Virus record (IMG/VR): IMGVR_UViG_3300048930_000242
Coordinates: 32,001 to 96,000 of that record
DNA: 64,000 nucleotides
From: a virus
Direction: 5' to 3' (one strand)
Shown here: one piece after another, positions 9,127 to 17,096 of the stretch
Layout: the number at the start of each line of letters is the position of its first letter
How positions within the stretch are numbered: position 1 is the first letter of the stretch
Program-made: the position numbers and the translations under genes
The notes under the pieces: model-generated
Told to the model about the DNA's origin: nothing
The model's database searches: none
What the model saw: the letters and a program-made list of their open reading frames with translations, nothing else

Positions 9127-9663
9127 TTAGAGATGGCATCCAAGCGGAGTTGGGTAATACAGATGGACTGCTCTGGCTAACACGATAGTGCCATTGAAGC
9201 CGAAGGTGTTCTGACTGAATGTAACCGTCAGCTGGTTCGCCACTGGGTCAAATGAATCGATTCGGACATATGAGGCAATTCCAGGGCGGCCAGGGATTCG
9301 AATCAAGAATTCGGTTCCGAAATTGACCGGATTGGTCGGGTCGAGAATGTCTCTTTCACCAGCGATCGCGGTATTTGGGTTCGACTTTGGGAACGACCCA
9401 CGGATTCCAAGGTAATTGCCGCATGTATCGACGGTGCCAGGCCACTGCGCCGGAATGAAGTACTTGCCGGAAATGACGGTCAGCGACAGGCCGATCGTCT
9501 GAGGATGAAGAGTCGGATTGACCGGAATCCAGACACCGGACACTTCATTGGTGATTGCTTGGGTAGTGACTGGAGGCAGAGTTTGGTACACCGGCTTTGC
9601 AACAGCTCCAAATGCCACAGCCAGTCCAAGTACAGCTCCGAAAATCCAATTGCGAATGCTCAT
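9127..9663 (-). CDS. Hypothetical protein with predicted signal peptide
   Basis: MSIRNWIFGAVLGLAVAFGAVA then polar sequence; SD AGGAG. Confidence 0.65.
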   Translation of the reverse strand: MSIRNWIFGAVLGLAVAFGAVAKPVYQTLPPVTTQAITNEVSGVWIPVNPTLHPQTIGLSLTVISGKYFIPAQWPGTVDTCGNYLGIRGSFPKSNPNTAIAGERDILDPTNPVNFGTEFLIRIPGRPGIASYVRIDSFDPVANQLTVTFSQNTFGFNGTIVLARAVHLYYPTPLGCHL

Positions 9664-9675
9664 TTGTTTCTCCTG

Positions 9676-10308
9676 TTAATAGTCTCCGAATGGAGACTTC
9701 TCACTAAAATCAATGATTGGAGCGGCTTCTTCTTGTAGTAGCACGTTGTCCGCATGGTTAGGCATATGTTCTTCCGGAGTCTCCTGAAGGTCATTAAGAC
9801 CAATGGCGTCCGTAATCTCCGGAATATCTATCTTCTCTCTGGATGGCTCAATGGTTTCGCAACGGAGGACGTAGGACATTCTGGTTCCAAGAGGATAGAA
9901 CTGGCTTTCGTGTTCGACGAACTTGATCTCAAACACTTCCTTGTTCATCGGATTGTAAATGATGTCCCCATCTCGCGGGACTCTCATTCCAGTGTTCTCG
10001 GTGAAAGCCTTCGCCGAGATCTTGATTCTCATCTCATCATGAGCTCGGATGCCGAGGCGCGAGATGATGTCGCCATCTCCTTCAAAGCCATCGAATGTCT
10101 CGATCCAACCTTCAATCTCCTTGGCTTCCGAAAAGGCCGAAGAGAGGTCTTCACCGAAGAGGCGGTCCATATTGGTCAGCTCTCTCTTGGCATAGAGAAA
10201 CAAGCAGCCATGAATCTGGATCACTTCCTGGTGCATTCCACGGTACAGCTCCGGCTCCGGTGAAGGACCGTTCTGTGAGTGGAAGTTGAAGTACGGATTA
10301 AGAGGCAT
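9676..10308 (-). CDS. gp14: Neck protein
   Basis: LNPYF, LFGED, GFEGDGD, PRDGDIIY, FEIKFVEHE..FYPLG. Confidence 0.93.
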   Translation of the reverse strand: MPLNPYFNFHSQNGPSPEPELYRGMHQEVIQIHGCLFLYAKRELTNMDRLFGEDLSSAFSEAKEIEGWIETFDGFEGDGDIISRLGIRAHDEMRIKISAKAFTENTGMRVPRDGDIIYNPMNKEVFEIKFVEHESQFYPLGTRMSYVLRCETIEPSREKIDIPEITDAIGLNDLQETPEEHMPNHADNVLLQEEAAPIIDFSEKSPFGDY

Positions 10309-10679
10309 TATGACTTCTTGAAAGATCCGGTCGTTTCGCTGAAGGTGATTGATCCGTTATTGACTCTGACGGTCAAGACGCCGCCCCACTTGAATCGAAT
10401 CTGAACTCCGCCGCCATCTCCATTGAAGAATTTCTTCCCAGAAATCGCCCAATCCGGATCATTCGCGAGTTCTTCAGCGGTATGGCCTTTCGAAACCAGC
10501 CAATCGGTAAGCGCGGTGCTGAATGATTTAGCGACATCAGCGTTGTGAATAGCCTTATTCACCGACTTCTTAACTTCTTCAACCCACTGAGCATAATCTT
10601 TCGCGATAGATCGCTCGGCATTTTTCCATGTTGGCTGAATCTCCGCAGATTCAAACAATAGACCGATTAGTCCTTCCAT
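10308..10679 (-). CDS. Hypothetical, possible internal head protein
   Basis: 123 aa; GGAG SD; L-F-E site in the leader. Confidence 0.55.
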   Translation of the reverse strand: MEGLIGLLFESAEIQPTWKNAERSIAKDYAQWVEEVKKSVNKAIHNADVAKSFSTALTDWLVSKGHTAEELANDPDWAISGKKFFNGDGGGVQIRFKWGGVLTVRVNNGSITFSETTGSFKKS

Positions 10680-10693
10680 CTTTGATTCTCCGT

Positions 10694-11494
10694 TTATTCG
10701 CCAGTTGCTACAATTCTGCAGAACCTAAGGAAATCCTTATAGGCCTGCGAGTTAAGTGGGATTGACATTCCAACTCTTTCCTTGTTTCTTCCGACCATAT
10801 AGACGTCGATAGACTCAGGATAGTACTCAAGAGTCAAAGCTCCGCCATCGGCTTTCACTACAGCTCTGGCCTTCCCCTCAGTCTTCAGCTTCTTAGGACT
10901 TGGTGCTTTCATCAATTCTTCAACTAGGCTTTCCATTTTCGATTCTCCGATTTGAATTGGTGGTTCATAAGGTGCTTGAGTATCTCCATGTGTCAGCCAG
11001 TTTCGGAGACCCTTGATTGTGGTTTCGTCGATGGTTCCAAGTCCTTTCCATCCAGGAGTGAAGTTGATCAGATAGCCGGCTCTGGCCGAGTTGAGATCAC
11101 AATAGCCGATCATGACCTTATGCTCATCGAACTCGCCGAATCGCTCACCATCGACTCTGATCTGATTCACAATGAAGACAGGGCATTTTGGATTCTCGCA
11201 GTCTGGACCAAGGAAGCAATCGACATGACCGCCGTCGGCACCGACTGTGCCTTTGAAGTAACCATAATGAGCGGACATTGTGACAGCCCAACTCTTTCCG
11301 GTTGGATCTACTCCACGACGAACTGAGCCAAGCGGATTCTCAATTGAGATCGACATTCCATGAAGGCGGATAGAACCCTTCTTGTAGTTGCCGGCTCTCT
11401 TCTGAGCGGCCGTCGGTTGTGGAGTGTCATTCAGCGGAGAAGTGGCCGCCGAATGCGCCAGATCTCGAAGACACATTTCTTGGAAAAGTTTCAC
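10694..11494 (-). CDS. Inorganic-pyrophosphatase-like (polyvalent-protein InPase) domain fused to a small C-terminal domain
   Basis: GNYKKG..ISIENPLGSVRRG..HYGY..T.GADGGHVDCFLGP..FDEHKVMIG motif series. Confidence 0.7.
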   Translation of the reverse strand: MKLFQEMCLRDLAHSAATSPLNDTPQPTAAQKRAGNYKKGSIRLHGMSISIENPLGSVRRGVDPTGKSWAVTMSAHYGYFKGTVGADGGHVDCFLGPDCENPKCPVFIVNQIRVDGERFGEFDEHKVMIGYCDLNSARAGYLINFTPGWKGLGTIDETTIKGLRNWLTHGDTQAPYEPPIQIGESKMESLVEELMKAPSPKKLKTEGKARAVVKADGGALTLEYYPESIDVYMVGRNKERVGMSIPLNSQAYKDFLRFCRIVATGE

Positions 11495-11495
11495 G

Positions 11496-11825
11496 TTATT
11501 GAGTGATCATCACTGTCGATTTTCCGTCATCCCGACGATCACCGATCTCATATTGAAAATCCACTTCAAGGAGTTCATCGCCGATCATTTTAGCACCCAT
11601 ATCGTAGACGCTAAGATAAGTTGCTTTGTTTATCCCCATAGCATTTCTGAACCAAGTTACTAACGAACTCACGTCGTCCTTTTCGCTGTTAACGGATGAG
11701 GCAATATCACGAAGAGAATCAAATGGAAGCTTCACTCCTTCTTGCCATTTAGCAACTCTCTTAAGGCGCATAGCAAATTCAGAGCCCTTGGCTTCGTTAA
11801 CTTGAAACTGTTCAAATGTTTTCAT
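11496..11825 (-). CDS. Putative internal head protein (MKTFEQFQVNE leader)
   Basis: Leader closely resembles the T4 IP capsid-targeting sequence MKTYQEFIAE. Confidence 0.65.
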   Translation of the reverse strand: MKTFEQFQVNEAKGSEFAMRLKRVAKWQEGVKLPFDSLRDIASSVNSEKDDVSSLVTWFRNAMGINKATYLSVYDMGAKMIGDELLEVDFQYEIGDRRDDGKSTVMITQ

Positions 11826-11828
11826 CAG

Positions 11829-12581
11829 TTATCCCCGGAAAATTCCGTACGGTAGTTGGTACTTGAGAGTGAATGACTCTTCGAGCTTGTCGATTTCGGC
11901 CTGAGCCTCTTCCCAGATCTTCTGACCCTGGACCGTCACACCGCCGGCCATCTGGACGCCTTCGTACTTCTTGAGATTCTCGCCCCACTGGCGTTTGACA
12001 AGTTGAGTGGCGTAGTCCTTAATCCATTTCTCATTGAAAAGATTCGGTGAATTCTCTGGAGTCCTGGAGACCAAGCATGTCATGATAATGAAGTTGGTCG
12101 CCAGAATTTGGTGAGACGGCACCTTGACCAATCCATTGATCTTGTCAACTTGGTAATTGATTGGGCGATTGAAGTACCGCTGAAGGAGTGAAAGGTACTC
12201 CATCGTGACATGATAATTCTTCAGGTCATGGCTTTGGCCATTGTTCGTAGAGATTCTGAAGAATTCGGACTGAGAGATCAGATAATTGAGGCGCTCGAAT
12301 TCCTCGGAAGATGAAGTCTCACCTTCCGAGAGGTTGAAAATCTTGTTGATGTGAACTACGTCTTGAGGAAGCGGAAACGACTGAGTCGCCTCGTCGGCAT
12401 CTGTGAAGTCCACTCTGAAGATTTTCTCGGTGACACCGTCATGGTGCCTCTCCACAAAGTAGAGAATGGCATCATCGATTCGGTCACGCAGCTGCTGGTC
12501 CTCCACTTCGTTCTTGATGACCGGGGAGCCAAGGCGCCGTAGAATATAACCGGCCAGATCTTCGTAAGAGGAGAGAGCCAT
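11829..12581 (-). CDS. gp13: Neck protein
   Basis: YILRRLGSPVI, WIKDYATQLVKRQWGENLKKY, GGVTVQG. Confidence 0.95.
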   Translation of the reverse strand: MALSSYEDLAGYILRRLGSPVIKNEVEDQQLRDRIDDAILYFVERHHDGVTEKIFRVDFTDADEATQSFPLPQDVVHINKIFNLSEGETSSSEEFERLNYLISQSEFFRISTNNGQSHDLKNYHVTMEYLSLLQRYFNRPINYQVDKINGLVKVPSHQILATNFIIMTCLVSRTPENSPNLFNEKWIKDYATQLVKRQWGENLKKYEGVQMAGGVTVQGQKIWEEAQAEIDKLEESFTLKYQLPYGIFRG

Positions 12582-12877
12582 TACTTGGTTTCTTCCTTTG
12601 GTTTAGCGATGAATGGAGCCAGAGCGGCGCGGAGCATGTCGGCATGGCTCTTCAGAATCTGTAGGCTTTGCGCGTAGGCCTTGGCTACTTCTTCGTCGGA
12701 AGAGTCCTTGCTCAAGGCCGACACCGGCAGATAAGGCTCTTCGATGTCTTCAGCTTTTGGCGGGTCTTGGTGGACCGGAACGGCCACAGAAATCACTTGA
12801 GGGTCTGGTCTGGTTGCCTTATCACCGCAACCAACAAGTGCCAAGGAGAGGGCTAGAGCGGCTAGTAGGCGGTTCAC
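12581..12877 (-). CDS. o-spanin (lipoprotein); start GTG 12877
   Basis: Lipobox LVG-C, Pro-rich linker, SD CAGGAG, overlaps the i-spanin stop. Confidence 0.8.
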   Translation of the reverse strand: MNRLLAALALSLALVGCGDKATRPDPQVISVAVPVHQDPPKAEDIEEPYLPVSALSKDSSDEEVAKAYAQSLQILKSHADMLRAALAPFIAKPKEETK

Positions 12878-13278
12878 TTGGTGATCTCCTGTGCTCGGTC
12901 GATCATCCAATCGAACTTGGCCTCGCAGGAGGCCGGGACCGGAACTCTTCCAAGGTGGTCCAGTGCCTTGTCACGCTCCTGACGGATCTTCCGGATCTTG
13001 GCCTTGGATTCTTCGACTTCAGCAGCGAGCTCTTCATTCTTGGACTTGAGTTCCTCAATGCCGAGATTCTGCTGATCGATTCCATACTCTAGATTCATTG
13101 TAAGATTTTCACATGCCGTCACCTTAGCAGTCAATGCTGTAATGGTCTCAGATTGCTCTTTGATTGTGCCGACCATCGATGTATACTTGAAGTAACCAAC
13201 GGTGCCAAGAGTAAGGCCAATGGCCGCTATAACGGACAGAATGATGAGCTTTGGAGAGAAAGTGAATGGAATGAACAT
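12874..13278 (-). CDS. i-spanin
   Basis: N-terminal TM, coiled coil, C-terminal Cys. Confidence 0.8.
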   Translation of the reverse strand: MFIPFTFSPKLIILSVIAAIGLTLGTVGYFKYTSMVGTIKEQSETITALTAKVTACENLTMNLEYGIDQQNLGIEELKSKNEELAAEVEESKAKIRKIRQERDKALDHLGRVPVPASCEAKFDWMIDRAQEITK

Positions 13279-13544
13279 TATCTTTTTCCGGTTGTGTTCT
13301 TTTCGAATCCATCAAAATCCTGACCGGGCTTCAATCCTTGCTTTGTTAGCATATCGAATGCCAAATTAACAGCATGGTTATATGAAGTGGCCTTTACCTT
13401 GACGGTGTATTTCTTAGTTTTGCCGGTTGGCGGATTAGAAGTGACCGCGTAATCAGACAGTGTGTGCCCAGCCGCCTTACTCAAAGGAATAGTTCTACCT
13501 GGCATATGATCAACGTCTGGAATGAATGCTTCAAACAGTTTCAT
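13278..13544 (-). CDS. Small protein with MKLFEAF leader inserted in the lysis cassette
   Basis: 88 aa ORF. Confidence 0.55.
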   Translation of the reverse strand: MKLFEAFIPDVDHMPGRTIPLSKAAGHTLSDYAVTSNPPTGKTKKYTVKVKATSYNHAVNLAFDMLTKQGLKPGQDFDGFEKNTTGKR

Positions 13545-13549
13545 TTCGG

Positions 13550-14116
13550 TTATCCTAGTTTCTTAAGGCGGTCGAAGAAGACCCAAATGCGAGACACATA
13601 TGTCTGAGTCTCCTTGGCGTGCTTCCCAGTGATTTTCGGCAGACATTCGTGAAGTATTGGCTTCCAGTCCGAATTGGCTGGGCAAGATCTCTTGGCCTTC
13701 AGAATGTGCCCCGCTCCGGCGTTATAAGAAGCGATCGCCAGGGACTCCCGGTTCTCAATGAAAGCCTCGGAGCGGAAGAACCAGCGCATCCGGTTCATGT
13801 AATGAGCGGCGAACATGATGCTAAGTTCAGAGTCATAGGCCGATCCCTTCTGCTTGATCAGATTCTCGGTCTCTTTCCAAGTGGCCGGCATGAACTGACA
13901 GAGTCCAGCCGCTCCGACATAGGACTTCGCATTCGGATCGAAGAGAGACTCCTGGTAGCACTGAGCTTTCAGAAGCCTCCAATCACGGCCGGGCATATAC
14001 ATCGAGGAGTACTCTTTGAAATGCTCGTCGTACTTCGAATTTTCAAGCGGCAAACGCTGAGCCTCAGCAGTGAAGCTGAAAAAGAGCAGAGTGAGTGCCG
14101 CAAGAAATCGATGCAT
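13550..14116 (-). CDS. Endolysin, SLT lytic transglycosylase with signal peptide
   Basis: AQCYQES, GAAGLCQFMPATW, ASYNAG, ETQTYV; N-terminal MHRFLAALTLLFFSFTAEA. Confidence 0.9.
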   Translation of the reverse strand: MHRFLAALTLLFFSFTAEAQRLPLENSKYDEHFKEYSSMYMPGRDWRLLKAQCYQESLFDPNAKSYVGAAGLCQFMPATWKETENLIKQKGSAYDSELSIMFAAHYMNRMRWFFRSEAFIENRESLAIASYNAGAGHILKAKRSCPANSDWKPILHECLPKITGKHAKETQTYVSRIWVFFDRLKKLG

Positions 14117-14118
14117 GC

Positions 14119-14355
14119 TTAAAACACCGATCCGAACAGAATGCAGACGCCGACCAGGCGAAGACCGTAATAGATCGCCTTGGCCTGATAATCGGCCGAC
14201 TCAATCCAGTCCTTGACCTCGTCTACGCCAAGTGCTCGGTCCATCTGATTCAAAGCGAACCGGACACCGATAAAGGCGATTGAAGCCAAGAAGATCTTGA
14301 ACATCGCCGAGACCAGCATGATTCCAAGATCGGTAAAGTTTACAATCTCATCCAT
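14119..14355 (-). CDS. Putative holin (2 TM)
   Basis: 78 aa, two hydrophobic segments, directly upstream of the endolysin. Confidence 0.6.
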   Translation of the reverse strand: MDEIVNFTDLGIMLVSAMFKIFLASIAFIGVRFALNQMDRALGVDEVKDWIESADYQAKAIYYGLRLVGVCILFGSVF

Positions 14356-14366
14356 TATGTTTCTCC

Positions 14367-14738
14367 TCAGGTGATTGTGTAGGTAACAGGGAAGGTTGGA
14401 GCGTTAAGAGTGATGGTGACCGGTGTAGTGATATCGCCGACATTGCCGTTCGCGTCAACCGGAGCCACGCCAATATAGAGAGTTCTGGAAGGAGCTCCAG
14501 CGGTGATCTCGATCAGTGGAAGCAAGAATGGAAGCTTGACCTTGATCCGATGAAGGGTCGTGTTATCTTCCACAATACCCGGCTGGTCGTAATAGCCAAT
14601 CGGAATCGACGGCTCGGCATGCGAAAGCGTGGTTCCAGAAGTAGCCGGACGGTAATATAGACGGAATCCACCAGCCGGCTTTGAGATCTGATTGGTGTAG
14701 TTGATGTAGATCGTGTTTGTTGGCTTAACGAGAGACAT
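14367..14738 (-). CDS. Hypothetical FN3/Ig-like virion protein
   Basis: beta-rich, GFRLYYRP ... YIGVAPVDANGN. Confidence 0.5.
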   Translation of the reverse strand: MSLVKPTNTIYINYTNQISKPAGGFRLYYRPATSGTTLSHAEPSIPIGYYDQPGIVEDNTTLHRIKVKLPFLLPLIEITAGAPSRTLYIGVAPVDANGNVGDITTPVTITLNAPTFPVTYTIT

Positions 14739-14741
14739 GCT

Positions 14742-14987
14742 TTAGTCCTTTATGATTTCTACTAGTTCTACTGGAGTGAATGTCTCATCTCCACGATTGA
14801 ATGTTTGCGAGTTCCATGCTGGATTCCATTCTGATGAAACGACGAATTGAATCACGTCTACATCAACTCCAGAAGTTTCTTCTTCGAGCTCGGCTGGAGA
14901 AGCGTCAAAACAGATGACAGAAGCATTCACTTCTCTCCGTTTATCTAACCCAACATATCGCTGCTCGTCGAAGGCGTCTATACTCAT
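14742..14987 (-). CDS. Hypothetical acidic protein
   Basis: 81 aa, translationally coupled. Confidence 0.5.
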   Translation of the reverse strand: MSIDAFDEQRYVGLDKRREVNASVICFDASPAELEEETSGVDVDVIQFVVSSEWNPAWNSQTFNRGDETFTPVELVEIIKD

Positions 14988-15427
14988 GGGAGGAGAGTTC
15001 CAATTGGACGAACCGCATAGGTAAGAGTCGCGTCGGCCGCAACGGTGGCCTGACCTTGAGCGTAGGTGAAAGCGTCATGACCAACCACGGCGGTTCCATC
15101 ATCAACCTCGACAACTCTCTGGAGGTCCCATGAGTACTTTCGACCATTCTGGAAGATGCTGGTCTTCTCCGGTCCAAGGCGAAGAGTCACATCGCCGTTG
15201 ACGGCGTCGCGATTGGCGAAAAGGAGAGATTGAGCGTCTGTCGCCGCAAGGTCGTAGACCTGCTGAATGGCCGAAGACGAAGTGTCCGGGAGGGCCAGAT
15301 CGGGCTTGAATGTCAAGTAAAGCTGCCAACCAGTGATGTCGATTGGCAGCTTAGTGACGGTGTTGCGGAATCGAAAGCGAAGAAGGAGAGTATCTCCGCG
15401 TGTGACAGTCAGATTGATATTGGCCAC
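14984..15427 (-). CDS. BppU-N-like structural domain protein
   Basis: INLTVTRGDT...PIDITGWQ...YSWDLQ pattern. Confidence 0.55.
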   Translation of the reverse strand: MANINLTVTRGDTLLLRFRFRNTVTKLPIDITGWQLYLTFKPDLALPDTSSSAIQQVYDLAATDAQSLLFANRDAVNGDVTLRLGPEKTSIFQNGRKYSWDLQRVVEVDDGTAVVGHDAFTYAQGQATVAADATLTYAVRPIGTLLP

Positions 15428-15481
15428 GAGAGCTGGAGTCCTAGGTAAGAGTTTCTACTCCTATCTATTACTCCAGCTCTC
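15428..15481 (-). promoter_or_regulatory. RBS-occluding hairpin enclosing a late promoter
   Basis: GAGAGCTGGAGT/ACTCCAGCTCTC 12-bp inverted repeat; AATAGATA at 15462-15469; 3' arm abuts the GTG. Confidence 0.65.
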
Positions 15482-15490
15482 TATTATAGG

Positions 15491-16063
15491 CTAAGACCAG
15501 ACTGCCTCTTTGAAGATTTCAAGAGGATCACGGAAGCTGCCATTGGCGTCTTGAGTGTAAACCATGGCCTTGTTCTTGATAATGCTTCGATTGAAGCCAT
15601 CGATGAACATCGCTTGCTCATTGTTGGCCTTCGAGACGTCAAATGACTTGCCGTCGTCTGGCAGCTTTCCTGGATTCGATGCGACCAGAAGAACCAGACG
15701 GATCTTGGTCTGGTTAAGAACACCGATTCCGCGGAAGAAAAGTTTCTCCATTTCGAAGACGTAGTCCCCGGAATAGCCACGGTAAAGCGGAGAGTAGACG
15801 AGTTCACCGAGATGGAATCTGTCAAAGATCAGCTTCGGGGTCTTGCTTTGCGGTAGCAGAACATTCTGAATCAGGCCAAAAGAGTTCTTGAACGACTCTC
15901 GCTGGTAGGTCTGAAGGTTTCCATTATAGCACTGGAGTCGCTTCGGTTTGTCGAATTTGATGGTCTGGTGGAAGCCGAGGCGGTCATTGATCGTCTCAAT
16001 GAGAGTGCCCTTTCCGACATTGTCGATGCCTTCGATAATGAAAATAGACGGTTCGCCGTTCAT
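15491..16063 (-). CDS. dNMP (thymidylate-like) kinase
   Basis: IIEGIDNVGKGT P-loop; FDRFHLGELVY. Confidence 0.85.
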   Translation of the reverse strand: MNGEPSIFIIEGIDNVGKGTLIETINDRLGFHQTIKFDKPKRLQCYNGNLQTYQRESFKNSFGLIQNVLLPQSKTPKLIFDRFHLGELVYSPLYRGYSGDYVFEMEKLFFRGIGVLNQTKIRLVLLVASNPGKLPDDGKSFDVSKANNEQAMFIDGFNRSIIKNKAMVYTQDANGSFRDPLEIFKEAVWS

Positions 16064-16065
16064 GA

Positions 16066-17025
16066 TCAGAAGCCCTCATCAAGCGGGATTTGGAGTAGAT
16101 TCTCGTCCTTTTCTTCGGCCGCTTCGGATGCCTTGTACCACTGGCCGATGCTAGGCGCGAAGAATCTGACAAGCCATTCATAGTTGGTCAATTCGGTGGC
16201 ACGACTTGGTGGCACTATGTTATACCTAGTGAGACCGGAAACGAACACGAACAAGTGATTCTTGAACGAAAAAGCATCTCGACTCTCTTCTTGGAAAACA
16301 GAATTAGCGTGCGGATTGAACTCGTCTTTGTTCCAATGCTTTTCGTAGATGTGAAGAGAGCCGGCATTGTGGTAGTAATCGCCTAGCTTCAGATTGTTCA
16401 TTCCGCGGCGGAACTTCAAGACTGCGTACATCATCCAGGCGATGAACTGGAACTGAAGGATGTCATTGCACCAGCCGACCACCAAATCGTTTGACCGCAT
16501 GTTCACGATCATATGGAGTTCATCGTTGCGGATCAAGAACTGGAGAGAAAGCGTACATGGGGTGTCTTTTGGATTGAGACCGGAATTGTCGACTCCGTGG
16601 ATGTTGATGATCGCCTTTCTGGACTGAGGATCGGCAGCCAGAAGGTTCACGCAGTTGTCGAAGCGAGAGATCAATTCGGAGCTTGAACCGTTAGAGAGCC
16701 CTTCATGCTCAGCGAAAATCCAGTACCCGTAATTCGAGATCACATTTCCGCTGCCATCCTTAAGCGTATCCCAGAAAGGAGCGGACTTGGAGATTCCGGC
16801 CGCTTTCAAGCTCTTCGACATGTACCAATTGAACTCGTCGATAACATACGACGGCTTCAGTTTCCTGGAGCCAAGAGTGACCACCAATGGATCGTTGAGA
16901 TCGAAAAACATTCGTGAGGCGATCACTTCTTTCGATCTGGTGCCGCGAGTCTCAACCAGAAAGCCGTCTTCCAAGATATTTTGGCCGGCTTTCTGGTACA
17001 TTTCGTTCACAATACTCATACTCAC
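16066..17025 (-). CDS. Thymidylate-synthase-fold dCMP hydroxymethylase-like enzyme (T4 gp42 family)
   Basis: EFNWYMSKSL, GNVISNYG, PCTLSLQF, MRSNDLVVGWCND, GSLHIY. Confidence 0.8.
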   Translation of the reverse strand: MSMSIVNEMYQKAGQNILEDGFLVETRGTRSKEVIASRMFFDLNDPLVVTLGSRKLKPSYVIDEFNWYMSKSLKAAGISKSAPFWDTLKDGSGNVISNYGYWIFAEHEGLSNGSSSELISRFDNCVNLLAADPQSRKAIINIHGVDNSGLNPKDTPCTLSLQFLIRNDELHMIVNMRSNDLVVGWCNDILQFQFIAWMMYAVLKFRRGMNNLKLGDYYHNAGSLHIYEKHWNKDEFNPHANSVFQEESRDAFSFKNHLFVFVSGLTRYNIVPPSRATELTNYEWLVRFFAPSIGQWYKASEAAEEKDENLLQIPLDEGF

Positions 17026-17046
17026 TCCTTCTCATGTTCACAGTTC

Positions 17047-17088
17047 AGCACTTCGGACTATTGTATCATAGTCCGAAGTGCTTGTAAA
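17047..17088 (-). promoter_or_regulatory. sigma70-type promoter TTTACA-17-TACAAT overlapped by a 15-bp inverted repeat
   Basis: AGCACTTCGGACTAT (17047-17061) / ATAGTCCGAAGTGCT (17068-17082). Confidence 0.75.
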
Positions 17089-17096
17089 TGGGCTTC

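Noticed and set aside
16066-17025. Ordinary thymidylate synthase
   Set aside because: It has Asp rather than Asn at the specificity site and carries gp42-type motifs
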